NCBI GenBank assembly: GCA_051313645.2
Contig: JBNRSN020000005.1
Location: 243,660,001-243,724,000, forward strand
Origin: Centroscyllium fabricii
Taxonomy: Eukaryota
Direction: 5' to 3'
Length of the DNA stretch: 64,000 nt
The notes under the pieces were generated by a model. That model did no database searches and had not been told where the DNA came from. It saw only the letters and a list, made by a program, of their open reading frames with translations. Below, one piece after another: positions 36,397-49,041 of the stretch. The position numbers were made by a program, and so were the translations under genes. Position 1 is the first letter of the stretch, and the number at the start of each line of letters is the position of its first letter.

Positions 36397-36662
36397 ATTT
36401 ACCACTGTATTATTGTGCCAATAATGGGCTGTGCTTATGTAAGGCACCGCCCTGTAACCCGTGTAATACTGTTGGGAGCCAGGTCAGCCACACCTCTAAC
36501 TCCTCCCCCAGGTGAGGCCCCTTATAGGTGGAGACTGACCGAGGCTCCTCATTCCTGTGCAGATGTTCGTTCGGAGGGTAGCTCCAAGCTTAGCGATTAA
36601 AAGCCTTTAGTTACGGTAACTACTCGTCGTCTCTTTTAATCAGAGGTATTGACAATACGTCA

Positions 36663-36970
36663 ATAAGAACACAAGAATTAGGAGCAGGAGTCAGCCATAC
36701 GGCCCCTCGAGTCTGCTCCGTCATTCAATAAGATCACGGCTGATCGTCAATCTCAACTCCACTTTCCCACCTGATCCCCATACCTGTTGATTCCCCTCGA
36801 GTCCAAAAATGTAATCAATCTCAGCTTTGAATATAGTCAACGACTGAGCCTCCACAGCCCTCTGGGGTAGAGAATTCCAAAGATTCACCACCCTCTGTGT
36901 GAAGAAATTTCTCCTCATCTCAATCCAAAATGGTCGACCCCTTATCCGGAGAGCATGGCCCATGGTTCTA
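36663..36970 (-). mobile_element. CR1 3' end
   Basis: EMRRNFFTQRVVNLWNSLPQRAVEA. Confidence 0.85.
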
Positions 36971-37049
36971 GCCCAATACCTTCACCGCAGCAATGGTTAA
37001 CTAACGGCTGAAATAAACACTAGGGCCACACCACAAAAGTATTTGCTAT

Positions 37050-37460
37050 ATAACAGAAAACGCTGGAAATACTCAGCAGGCCAGGCAGTGGAGGTGGAGA
37101 GAGAAACAGGGTTAATGTTTCAGGTCGAAGACCTTTCATCAGAACTGGAAAAAACAGGAGAGGGGATAGATTTTAAAGCAGGTAGGGGCTGGGGAAAGGC
37201 GGAGAGGGGGGTGAAAGAACCAAAGGGAAGATCAGTGACAGGATAGAAAGCGGGAGAGATTAAGAGACATTGAGAGACTGTAAGAGATATTCAAGGAACA
37301 CAGGATGGCTCTGGATGAAGTGTGAATGGCTCTGGCAGAGAGAAGAAAATAGAAAAAAGCCCAGACGAAAGTGTGGATTAAACCAATGCTGCCTGGCCTG
37401 CTGAGTTTCTCCAGCGTTTTCTGTTATTTTGGATTTCCAGCATCTGCAGGATTTTGCTAT
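37050..37460 (-). mobile_element. Penelope pseudo-LTR with an inverted fragment
   Basis: Homologous to 22190-22510. Confidence 0.75.
37111..37145 (-). ncRNA. Minimal hammerhead ribozyme motif
   Basis: Reverse complement reads gtt-CTGATGA-aAGGTC-ttc-GACCT-GAAA-ca-TT-aac. Confidence 0.7.
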
Positions 37461-37689
37461 CGTAAAAGTCTTTGCTAGGTTAGAGCCAACGGGCACCAGG
37501 ATACAAACTGACCAGCAGTGTCTAAACAGAGAGAGCAGGCCGTTTCTGCCCGAGCCTGCCCTGCACTCTCAACACAATGACACCTCCCCAGACTTTTTGC
37601 AGGAATTTATCGCTTCTGTCAGATATAGAGTTCAAGGACAGGAAACAACAGTAGGTCTGCATCTGGGTGGCAGGAAATGCCCATAAGAA

Positions 37690-38006
37690 AGAACTTGCAT
37701 TTACACAGGGCTTTTCACAAACTCAGGACATTCCAAAGTGCATTACAACCAATGAAGTATTTTTTGATGTGTAGTAACTGTTGTAACGTGGGAACGCAGC
37801 AACCAATCTGCGCACAGCAAGGTTCCACATGGGAACGCAGCAACCAATCTGCGCACAGCAAGGTCCCACAAACAGCTATGCAATAACGACCAGATAATTA
37901 TTTTTTTTAGTGATGTTGGTTCAGGGAGAAATATTGGCCAGGACGCTGAGGAAAACAACGCTCTCTTCTCTGATTAGTGCCACGGGATCTTTTACATCCA
38001 GCTCAG
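37690..38006 (-). mobile_element. Deu SINE 3' half; its 5' half resumes at 43061-43220 after element C
   Basis: The SINE body is continuous once 38007-43060 and one TSD copy are removed. Confidence 0.8.
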
Positions 38007-38298
38007 TGATGCGCAAATCAATCACGCCAGTCGTTGGTGAAAAGTAATTGAAGGCTTTTATTCACAAAGAACTGAAACTGGTCTGCGATGAGTCCGCCCA
38101 GAATGAGAGCCAGGTGGGCGGAGCATTCTCCTTTATACCCATACTCAGAGGCGGGGTCAGCCGGTCCAGGTCCAGGTCCTTACAGAAAGGTACAGATTTA
38201 TTAACACAAACTATATACAATAATAGCACAGTGTGAACCACACCAAATGGTTCATCACATTCACCCCTTACTCAAAAACAAGTCCCGCGGGGCGAATA

Positions 38299-41200
38299 TC
38301 AGCACTGTGTTATCAGTCTTTGAGGAGGTCGAACAGTCCGAACAGACCTGCGAGGCAGTGGCGGCTCTCGCGAATAGGCGGGAGCAGTCTCAATCGGAAA
38401 AGGCGCCGACGGAGTTTCCGACGTTAACAGGGACTCCACCGGTGGAAGAGGTACCTCAGGCGCAGGAAGATCTGGTGGTGGTGTAGCAGCCGCCGGAAGG
38501 GTATGCTGAGCAACGTGATGAGCTCCGTCGTGCATTGTGGGTGACGAGGGCCCCGATGTAGTGTGCGCAGGTGAACAAGAAGACGGCCCCTGTTGCGAAA
38601 ATGTGACCTGGGAGGGCAAGGGCTCCGCCAATGACTGTAAGTGAACGTCTCCAGCGGGCGCAAGGTCTCTAATCGAGACGGTGTCCTCACGCCCATCTGG
38701 GTACTCCACGTAAGCATACTGAGGGTTGGCATGCAGCAGGCGCACACGTTCAACAAGAGGGTCCGTCTTGTGTCCACGGACGTGCCTCCTAAGCAGAACC
38801 GGCCCCGGGTTGGTAAGCCACGTCGGCAGAGACGTCCCCGAAGTCGATTTCCTGGGGAAAGAGAAGAGTTTCTCGTGAGGCGTGCAACCGGTGGCTGTAC
38901 ACAAGAGGGAACGGGTAGCATGGAACGCATCCTGGAGCACCTCCTGCCAGTGGGAGGTTGAAAGGCCTCTGGATCGAAGGGCCAGGGTGATGGCCTTCCA
39001 GATGGTCCCATTATAACGTTCTACCTGACCGTTCCCCCGGGGGTTGTAACTGGTCATTCTGCTCGAGGCAACCCCCCTCACAAGCAGAAAATGACGCCGT
39101 TCGTCACTCATAAATGAGGACCCCCGGTCGCTGTGTATGAAGCCGGGAAGGTCGAAAATGGCAAATAGCGTGATAAGATGCTTTATCACTGTTGCACTCG
39201 TCATATCTGGGCATGGGAATGCAAAAGGGAAACGGGAGAACTCGTCAACCACAGTGAGAATGTATGAGTTACGGTTGGTAGAGGGGAGGGGACCTTTGAA
39301 GTCCACACTCAGGCGCTCGAATGGGCGGGTGGCCTTGATGAGGTGCGCCCTGTCAGGCCTGTAAAACTGGGGCTTGCACTCAGCACAGACAGGGCACTCC
39401 TGCGTCATCGCCTTGATCTCCGCAATGGAATAAGGGAGATTGCGTGATTTGACGAAGTGAGCGAGCCTGGTGACCCCCGGGTGGCAGAGATTAGCGTGGA
39501 GGGTGTTCAGACTACCCGACTGGGTGCTGGCACACGATCCTCGGGACAGGGCGTCCGGGGGACCGTTAAGCTTCCCTGGCCGGTACAGAATGTCGTACTC
39601 AAAAGCGGAGAGTTCGATCAGCCACCTGAGGATCTTGTCATTCTTGATCTTACCCCTCTGTTTATGGTGGAACATAAATGCTACTGACCGCTGGTCAGTA
39701 AGAAGGGTAAAACATTTACCGGCCAAATAGTGGCACCAATGGCGCACTGCTTCCACGATTGCTTGGGCCTCCTTTTCCACTGAAGAGTGGCGGACTTCAG
39801 GGCCATGTAGGGTACGGGAGAAGAAAGTGACGGGCCTGCCTGGTTAAGGGTGGCGGCCAGGGCGAAGTCTGAGGCATCGCTTTCGACCTGGAAGGGAAGA
39901 GACTCATCAATGGCGTGTATGGTTGCCTTGATGATGTCTTGCTTGATATGCGAAAATGCAATTTGGGCCTCTAACGGGAGCGGGAAGGAGGTAGCTCTGA
40001 GGAGAGGCCGGGCCTTATCAGCATAATGGGGAACCCATTGTGCATAATACGAGAAAAACCCCAGGCATCTCCTCAAAGATTTGGGGGAGTGCGGCAGGGG
40101 CAGCTCCTGAAGGGGGCGCATACGTTCGGGATCAGGGCCGAGGACCCCGTTCTCAATTACGTAGCCGAGGATAGCCAACCGGTTAGTGTTGAAAATGCAC
40201 TTATCCTCATTGTAAGTGAGGTTCAGACGCTGGGCCGTACGGAGAAACCTGTCCAAATTGGCATCATGATCTTGCTGGTCATGGCCGCAGATCGTGACAT
40301 TGTCCAAATACGGGAATGTGGCCTGCAAATGCGACTGGTCAACCATTCGGTCCATCTCCCGTTGGAAGACCGAAACTCCGTTGGTAACCCCAAAGGGGAC
40401 CCGGAGGAAGTGAAAAAGGCGCCCATTTGCCTCGAAGGCAGTGTATTTACGGTCCTCAGCTCTGATGGGGAGCTGGTGATAGGCTGACTTAAGGTCGATG
40501 GTGGAGAAGACCTTATACTGAGCAATCTGATTGACCATGTCATTGATCCTAGGAAGCGGGTAAGCGTCGAGCCCAGTGTAGCCGGTTAATGGTCTGACTA
40601 TAGTCAATGACCATGCGCTGTTTGTCACCCAACTTAACCACTACCACCTGGGCCCGCCACGGGCTGTTACTGGCCTCGATGATGCCCTCCCGCAACAACT
40701 GAGCAACCTCTGCCTTAATAAAGGTGCGGTCCCCCGCGCTGTATCGCCGACTCTTGGTTGCAATGGGCTTGCAGTCAGGGTCAAGGTTGGCGAACAGCGA
40801 GGGGGGTCTATCTTCAAGGTAGACAGACCGCAAGAGGAGTGTGGTTGTGAGGCAGGGCAGTCACGGCTGCTGACCGTGAGAGGAGGCAGGGGACCGCCGT
40901 ACACCATCGTCAAGCTCTGCAGGTGGCACTGGAAATCCAGGCCAAGCAACACAGGGGCGCAGAGCTGTGGGTGGACGTACAGTGGAAAGTTGCGGTATGT
41001 CGTCCCCTTCACAGTAATGGTGACTGTACAGCAGCCGATGACGTCCACAGTCTGGGACTCGGAGGCGAGGGAGATTTTACGATGTGTGGGCCTAACCCTG
41101 AGGGAATAACGGCTCACTGTATCAGGGTGTATGAAGCTCTCCGTACTCCCAGTGTCGAACAGACAGCGGGTGAGGTGCCCCTCCACCCGGACAGGCATCA

Positions 41201-41342
41201 TTGACAAAATAAGAGACGGGTTCGGGGCCATAGAGGCAAGTGTGGTGTGCGCGCTGGGGCCCTTGTGCAAAGCTGGGTCCGCGGGTGATGGCGGCGCCCG
41301 TGATTCGCACATGGCGGGGTTTCGGACCGTCGGGTGAGTCAT
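38299..41342 (-). pseudogene. pol: Element C pol (PR, RT, RNase H, IN) with three frameshifts
   Basis: LFDTGS, IDLKSAYHQ, YLDN, SDAS, HHCC and DDE integrase motifs; highly similar to element B pol. Confidence 0.95.
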
Positions 41343-42802
41343 GCGCCCGAATGCTGAATTGGTCTGGAGTGGTCTGTTGCTGCTGCCAGAATCGTAGTGG
41401 TTGCTGTGAAGTTGCCTGTTACTGCATGAGCCTGTTCTTTTAAATTGTTCCTACACCAAGATGGCGGTGTCACGTGATGGGGTGGGCCCGCTGCAGTCGG
41501 AATGCGGGCTGTCCTATACAAAGATGGCGGCGTCACGTGATGGGGCGGGGCCGCAGCAGCCGTGACGCAGGAAGATGGCGTCATCATGTGATGGGGCGGG
41601 GCCTCTGTTGCTGGGATGCAGGCCGTCCTGCACGAAGATGGCGGCGTCACGTGATGGGGCGGGGCCGCTACTGCCGTCCTGCACGAAGATGGCAGCGTCA
41701 CGTGATGGGGCGGGGCCTCTGCTGCCCGGAGGCCCGACGGCACCCGCGTTTCGCGCCGCTCCAACGAAGAAGGCGGCCGCACCCTCAAAGATGGCGATAC
41801 AGCGCGGGATCCGACGGAGGGAAAAGACGCCCGCGCCCCCAACGATGGCGGAGCGCAGGAAACGACGCTGGCAGGCCGCACCCGAGGCAAGGTAAGTAGG
41901 AATTGTTCTGGGGGCCGCTGTTGGGGGGCGCCAATTACCCGAGGCCACTCTGTGGCGTGGACATCGCAGGCTGCTGCCGTTTTGCTTGCAGATTCCGGGG
42001 CCGATCGGCAGACCTTCGCAAAGTGGCCCTTCTTGCCACATTTGGAGCAGGATGACGACTTTGCTGGGCAGGAGCTTCGTGGATGGCGTTTCTGGCCACA
42101 AAAATAGCATTTCAGAGGCACTGGCTGTCCAGATGGCGCCGTGGCCGCCGTCGAGGGCGCCGAACGCGAGTCCCAAGGCCCAGGGGAAACCGTGTGGGAG
42201 CCGTGCCCAGTGTATGAATCCAGTCTTCGGAGGGCCCCATCCACCGCATTGGAGAGCTTCACCGCCTGATTCAGGGACAAATTATCCTGCTCGAGCAGGC
42301 GGGTGCGAGCTGGGGCCGATCTGATTCCTGCCACGTAGGCATCGCAGACGAGGAGGTCCATGTGCTCCTGGGCATTAACAGGGGCACATCCGCAGCGCAG
42401 AGCGAGAGCTTGAAGAGCCTCCAGAAACGCTTCATTCGACTCACCATGCTGTTGACTCCGCGTGGCGAGTAGATGGCGAGCGTAGACGGCGTTGACTGGC
42501 TGGAGGTATCGAGCCCTCAGCAGCTCCAACGCTGCATCGTAGTCAGTGGCATTCTTAATAATAGAATATACCCTGCCACTCACGCAGGAGACCAGGACTT
42601 GTCTCCTGTGCGCATCGCTGACTTCGGCCACTACCAGGAACGATTCTAAACAGCTCTGCCAGTGCTCAAAATCGTCCGACGCGTTCGGTGCCTGGGGGTT
42701 GAGGTCGAGAGTTTTCGGTTTAAGGGTAGTTTTCCAGCTTTCTGAAGGTGTTGGCTGGTGTGCTGCTGGCTGGTGGCTCTGTTGTTGATCATCATTCTGC
42801 AT
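41339..42802 (-). CDS. gag: Element C gag plus repeat linker (start coordinate approximate)
   Basis: KPKTLDLNP, YARHLLATRSQ; knuckles CYFCGQKRHPRSSC and CSKCGKKGHFAKVC. Confidence 0.85.
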   Translation of the reverse strand: MQNDDQQQSHQPAAHQPTPSESWKTTLKPKTLDLNPQAPNASDDFEHWQSCLESFLVVAEVSDAHRRQVLVSCVSGRVYSIIKNATDYDAALELLRARYLQPVNAVYARHLLATRSQQHGESNEAFLEALQALALRCGCAPVNAQEHMDLLVCDAYVAGIRSAPARTRLLEQDNLSLNQAVKLSNAVDGALRRLDSYTGHGSHTVSPGPWDSRSAPSTAATAPSGQPVPLKCYFCGQKRHPRSSCPAKSSSCSKCGKKGHFAKVCRSAPESASKTAAACDVHATEWPRVIGAPQQRPPEQFLLTLPRVRPASVVSCAPPSLGARASFPSVGSRAVSPSLRVRPPSSLERRETRVPSGLRAAEAPPHHVTLPSSCRTAVAAPPHHVTPPSSCRTACIPATEAPPHHMMTPSSCVTAAAAPPHHVTPPSLYRTARIPTAAGPPHHVTPPSWCRNNLKEQAHAVTGNFTATTTILAAATDHSRPIQHSGA

Positions 42803-43369
42803 TCTTGTAACTTTGTGAATAAAATTGATGCGCAAATCAATCACACCAGTTGTTGGTGAAAAGTAATTGAAGGCTTTTGTTCACAAAGAACTGAACCTGG
42901 TCTGCGATGAGTCCGCCCGGAATGAGAGCCAGGTGGGCGGAGCATTCTCCTTTATACCCATACTCAGAGGCGGGGTCAGCCGGTCCAGGTCCTTACAGAA
43001 AGGTACAGATTTATTAACACAAACTATATACAATAATAGCACACCAAATGGTTCATCACACTCAGAGGGCAGACGGGGCCTCGCTTTAACGGCTCATGTG
43101 AAAGACAGCACCTCGGACAGTACAGCACTCCCTCAGTGCTGCACTGGGAGTGTCAGCCTGGATTGTGTGCTCAAATCCTTGGAGTGGGACTTGAACCCAC
43201 AACCTTCGGACTCAAGAGGCGACAACTGCCTATAAGTAACTTCCTGAGTTCAAAGCCAGGGTGCAGCAAGCCTAGTTAGCAGAGACAGTGAGGTATAAAC
43301 AAATTGTGGTGGATAAAAACAAACAAGGAAAATACCTGGTTCTGTCCTATTTCATAAAATTACATAGAA

Positions 43370-43910
43370 CGTACAGCACAGAAACAGGCCATTCGGCCCA
43401 ACTAGTCTGTGCTGGTGTTTATACTCCACACGAGTCTCCTCCCATTCCATCGACCTCATCTCAGCCTGTCAGCAGGTCTTTCTATTCCCTTTACTCTCAT
43501 GTACTCATCAAAGTTTCCTTTTGTAAACATCTAAGCTATTTGCCTCAACCACTTCCTGTGGTAGGGAGTTCCACATTCTCACCACTCTCCGGGTAAAGAC
43601 ATTTCTCCTGGTTTCCCTGTTGGATTTATTAGTAACTATCTTGTATTTATGGCCGCTAGGTTTGGATTTTCCCCACAGGTGCCAACATTCTCTCCACATC
43701 TACCCTGTCCAACCCCTCGACAGATCTCCTCTAAATCTTACCTTTTTTAAACCTGTTCAATCTTTCCAGATGGCTGTAATCACTCAGTTCCGGTACCAGC
43801 CTTGTAAATCTTTTTTTCCAGTGCTTTTATGGCCTTTTTACAGTATGGAGACCAGAACTGTGCACAGTACTCCGTGTGGCCTGACCAGGGTCCTATACAC
43901 GTTTAACAAT
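43370..43910 (-). mobile_element. Old CR1 3' fragment
   Basis: RRNVFTRRVVRMWNSLPQEVVEA. Confidence 0.7.
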
Positions 43911-45038
43911 AACTTCACAACTTTTGAATTAGTCCAAAGACTTCTTTTCTCAGCAACAACTTGCATTTATACAGCGCCTTTGACGGAGTAAAATGTCCCA
44001 AGGTGCTTCACAGGAGCGTCATCAAACAGAACGTGACACCGAGCCACATGAGGTATTAGGGCAGGTGACCAAAACCTTGGTCAAAGAGGTAGGTTTTAAA
44101 GAGTGTCTTAAAGCAGGAAAGAGAGGTAGCGAGGCGGAGAGGTTGAAGGAGGGAATTCCAGAGTTTCGGGCCTAGGCAGCTGAAAGCATGCCTGCTAATG
44201 GTGGAGCAAATAAAATTCTCCACACATATTTACAAAAAGTTGTCAAAACCCTTGTACTATCCAGTTAAGCAGTTACTCATTTAGTTAGCCATCTTTTCCT
44301 CGTCTTGATATGAATACCTTCCATTTATACCACGAGGAAAAAGTTCTATTAATGATTCCTCTATCGGTGCCAAATAAACAGTCACACTGTACATGCAGCT
44401 CCAAAGAGGGGGCCTCCAACATTCCCAAAATGAGCTTGGCTCCTTTACAGGCCGCAGCTCTCCTCTCCAATGCTGTTACTGCTGACTTTAAAACATTGAA
44501 GAGCTTTGGCATTATTCTACAACTGTCTCATCTGGGGACGATCTGTCCAAGTTACAGCACTGGCATGTTCGTGCTGAAGAGCATTGCTGCTCTGTCCAGC
44601 CTGTTAACACTCCCCTGCCTCCCCCCCTCCCTCAGGACACCTACGCTCTTCCACTTCTGCCACAGACACATCTCCCGGCTCTTCCCTTAGCCACAGTCTT
44701 AGAAGGGAAAACAACAAAATGTGGAGTTACAGCAAGTCGAAATTTAAGACGAAAAACAATTACATTTTGGGAGCGCTCTGCTGTAGAGCCCTTAAGGCAA
44801 GTAGCCAGAGAACAACGTCCAGCTTCGGTCAAGAACTCTTCCACAAAAGCAGTTTAAAAAAAATGTAAAGCCCTTCCCATCTTGCACAAACTTAAAAACC
44901 TCATGAATAGCTGACAGTGTGTCTGGTGTTAAAAGCCTTCGCGAACTTGTAAGCTGCACAGACATTCTTAACGTCAGCTGCTCCAACTTTTTTCTTGTAA
45001 CACAAGGGCAAGACTTCCTCAGTCACGCTCATCTAACA

Positions 45039-45350
45039 CAGCGGTCCCCAACCACCAGGCCGCGGACCGGTACCGGGCCATGGATCATTTGGTACCGGGC
45101 CGCACAGAAAGAACATAAACGTTTTAATTTTTATTTTATTTCCATTTTATTGACTATCGCAGTCTGCAGGGTGTTTTATTTTGAAAAATGACCACTTCCG
45201 TCTGTGCCTCTTTTCCGCACTTGTCTCAGTCGCAGTTTTTTTCCATGCACCGATAAATTAAGCCCACAAGCTAATTCTTCCCCCCCGGTCCGTGGAAAAA
45301 TTGTCCTGCATGAAACTGGTCCGTGGTGCAAAAAAGGTTGGGGACCGCTG
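45039..45350. mobile_element. hAT (Charlie-like) MITE
   Basis: TIR cagcggtccccaacc; perfect 8-bp TSD atctaaca. Confidence 0.92.
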
Positions 45351-47415
45351 ATCTAACAGGCTCCTCGTGCTAGGTGGAGCACTTGCGGGGGGGGGGGGGG
45401 GGGGGTGGCGAGGGGGGTGAGTAGAGGGGTTGGAGTTGGAGTGGGAGGGCTGAGGAGGGTTAGTATGGGCTTAGCAATCAGTTTACCAAATTCAGATTTC
45501 CAAAAACATCGTTCTCAAACTTGTAGGGGACGGCAGACCACCTACTCACGTTTCAAAAGTAAAAAGACGCGGGGTGCGGGAGCACAGGTACAACACGTCT
45601 TTATTACATCTGCTCAGGTACAAAACTGTTCGAAAAGCCTGCGAATCTGCAAGGTATTCTGGGGCACATGAATACACGAGTGGCAGTCCCTTTCGCCACT
45701 GAGGGACCGAGGCTGGCAAATCGGTTGTCCAATCGGACAGTGAGGGGCGGGCCCGACTGTAGCATGGGGATTATGTCTGAGAGGGGAATCCCTGGTGGCT
45801 TCCCTGGGTAGCGCCGCTGCAAACTCATCGCTGGGCCAGAATCCTGGAACTCCCTCCCTAACAGCACTGCGGGAGTACCTTCACCACACGGACTGCAGCG
45901 GTTCAAGGCGGCGGCTCACCACCTCCTTCTCGAGGGCAGCTAGAGATGGGCAATAAATGCCGGCTTCGCCAGCGACACCCGCAGTGCATTGTGGGAAGCC
46001 GGTGAGGGAGAGTCCCTCGAAAGTTAAGAAGATTACAAAGAAAGAGTGGGGAGCACATCTTCTCCAGACAGACCAGCATAGCTGGCAGATAATGACCATT
46101 AAAGACGGTTTCTATTAATATTTAAAAACCAGTTTTTTTTGCAGTGTTTATTTAGTGTAAACAAAGAAGAAAATCAGTGAGGAAGGGGGAATTGGAGCCC
46201 TATTTACATAAACGCTGGCCCCCCCTCTCTTTTTTATTCGTTCATGGGATGTGGGCGTCGCTGGCAAAGCCAACATTTATTGCCCACCCCTAATTGCCCT
46301 GGAGAAGGTGGTGGTGAGCCGTCTGCTTGAACCACTGCAGTCCGTGTGGTGAAAGTATTCCCACAGTGCTGTTAGGGAGGGAGTTCCAGGATTTTGACCC
46401 AGCGACGATGAAGGAACACAAGAACATAAGAAGTAGGAGCAGGAGTAGGCCATACAGCCCTTCGTGCCTGCTCCGCCATTTAATAGGATCATGGCTGATC
46501 CGAACATTTATATTTCCAGAGGATGCTGATTTAATGCAATTGGCACAAGAACCAGGGGGGAGAAGACGACTTTATTTTTACACAGCAAGTGGTTGTGATC
46601 TGGAATGCACTGCCTGAAAGGGCGATGAAAACGGATTCAATAATAACTTTCAAAAGGGGAATGGATAAACACTTGAAAAATTTTCAGAGCTACGGGGAAA
46701 GAGCTGGGGAGTGGGACTAATTGGATCGCTCTTTCAAAGAGCCGGCACAGGCACGATGGGCTGAATGGCCTCCTTCTGTACTATGTCAATCGCTGATAAA
46801 ACTTGGAAAACCAGTTCGGTTGGTGCTGTCTCATCCCTGTGAAGTCAGACGTTGAGCAGCATCCTGATTGTTATTGGTCCAGGGAGCCTGAAATAAATGG
46901 TCCAGGGAGCCTGAAATAAATGATTAGATTAGATTTGGTTTTATCGTTACTGTTGGAATTTATGTCGATAATGCGGACTACTCTGGTTTGGATTCACTGC
47001 AGTTTCATTACCGGACACTCATCAGCTGACACCTCCTCAGCTTGGGCTGCAAAATGAAAGGAGTTTCCCAGTGTCCATTCACGTCAGCAGTTTGGCTGCC
47101 GCTCCGGACCCGAACCCTTAACCTCGATTTCCTTTCCTCTTCACCCCTCTTAGGCTCGTCTCTCCTTCTGTGGCTGGGTGTCAGTTTTTGTCTGAAGCAC
47201 CCTGGGACCTTTTTCCTACATTAAAGGCACTTTATAAATGTAAGTTGCTGTTGAATTATTTCTGAACTGATGCAAATGGCCAGAGGTACGTTTACCCTCA
47301 CTCCTGGGCAGACGTTAAGGATCCCGCGGCACTATTTCAAAGAAGAGCAGGAGTTGTCCCCAGAGTCCCGGCCAATATTTATCCCTCAATCAACAAAACT
47401 AAAACAGATTATCGG

Positions 47416-47792
47416 TGTTGTAACTTAATAGGTTACATTGTTACTGTTTATATTTACTGCATTGAATGTATCTGAATGTTGTTTGCAGTGATTTACAGGC
47501 AAGAAATACATTTCCTTTGTATTATATGTGACGTTAAGATGCAGGGTCCCTTTAAGAGCGTCGGGAGCGCGATGACATCATGAGCGTGATGACATCATGT
47601 TCTGGCGGGCATTTTAGATTTGATTTTACTTTGGACTGTGTGGAGCTCCCCAGCGTGGCTCCTGCCTGCAAAATCGAGCTACGATTTTTATTGAATGCTG
47701 TAACGCAACGATACCAGGTTAAAGATAAAGATTCTTTTTATTCTTACATCCAATGTCTCGCGTCCTTATTTGAAGGTAGTTTAACTATAATA
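47416..47792. mobile_element. Solo LTR inserted in a Deu SINE (47310-47960)
   Basis: Starts tgttgta, ends tataata; 5-bp TSD atcgg; SINE continuous across the insertion. Confidence 0.8.
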
Positions 47793-48629
47793 ATCGGGTC
47801 ATCATCACATTGCTGTTTGTGGGAGCTTGCTGTGCGCAAATTGGCTGCCACCTTTCCTACATTACAACAGTGACCACACTCCAAAAGTACTTCATTGGCT
47901 GCAAAGCGCTTTGGGATGTCCAGTGGTCATGAAAGGTGCTAGCGAAATGCAATACTTTCTTTTTCTTTCTTTCATGCAAAGACACAGATGGAAAATTAAA
48001 CTTGATTCTGTGGATTCTTAACCGAAGAAACGTGGTCCACACGCAGCAACAATTGAACAAAGGTCTTTACTCCAAACATTCGTTGAACAAACTGATGGTA
48101 CAATCTCCCGCCCCACAGGATGATCTCATCACCTGTGATCACGTGGGTCCACTCTTCCCGCTCTCTTAAAGGGGGAACGCCCCGTACAGTGAAAAGATAC
48201 AACAGTCACATTTGTGCCTAACACCCTGGTAGAATGTCCGAAGGGTGTTCGGAGTCTGTTAAAGAGAATTATACACATAAATGTTACATACAGCTATAAA
48301 CAACGGATGGTGGACCTGCCACAATCAGATATTTAGACACAAAGAAAGGCAGACGGCTTAATTCATACACTCAAAGGTAATTTTAAGTACTTTCATGTTC
48401 TAGTGCAGCGAAGGTCGAGCAGTACAACTTAATCCCAACTTTCATCCCCCTGACCCTCCCCAACTGCACCAGTGTGGCATGCTCATTACTGAGTCGTTGC
48501 TGCTTGAGGGAAGACTAGCCAGTGTCCAACCCAAGGGTATCTTTAGAATGTTGACTCATCCCTTCAGAGAAGTGGGCTGAGATTTTCCAACCTTATTTGA
48601 ACACGGACCTTCAACACCAACCGAGAGAA

Positions 48630-49041
48630 AGGAGTTTAGAAGATTGAGAGGGGATCTCATCGAAACGTATAAAATTCTAACTGGGCTGGACAAACTTGAT
48701 GCAGGAAGAATGTTCCCGATGATCGGAGAGTCCAGAACCAGGGGCCATAGTCTAAGGATAAGGGGTAACTCATTTAGGACAGAGATGAGGAGGAATTTCT
48801 TCACCCAGAGAGTGGTGAACCTGTGGAATTCTCTGCCATAGAGGGCGGTGGAGGCTAGTTCATTGAATATATTCAAGAAGGAGCTGGATGTATTTCTTAA
48901 GGCTAGAGGGATCAAGGGATATGGGGAGAAGGCAGGGACAGGGTACTGAGTTTGGATGATCAGCCATGATCTCAATGAATGGTGGACCAGGCTCGAGGGG
49001 CCAAATGGCCTACTCCAGCTCCTATCTTCTATGTTTCTATG
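48630..49041 (+). mobile_element. CR1/HER1 3' end
   Basis: RGDLIETYKILTGLDKLDAGRMFP. Confidence 0.9.

Larger units (their letters stand above)
31812..36662 (+). mobile_element. Ty3/Gypsy element B, full length (LTRs 31812-32101 and 36373-36662)
   Basis: 290-bp LTRs with TG...CA ends and ~6 differences; TSD ataag; PPT agaaggggtgaa; domain order PR-RT-RH-IN. Confidence 0.97.
38007..43060 (-). mobile_element. Ty3/Gypsy element C, full length (5' LTR 42826-43060; 3' LTR 38007-38259)
   Basis: TSD ctcag; TG...CA ends; LTRs differ by two small indels and a few substitutions; PPT aaggggtgaa. Confidence 0.97.

Noticed and set aside
48009-48223. Possible additional solo LTR
   Set aside because: LTR-like composition, but no matching TSD could be found.
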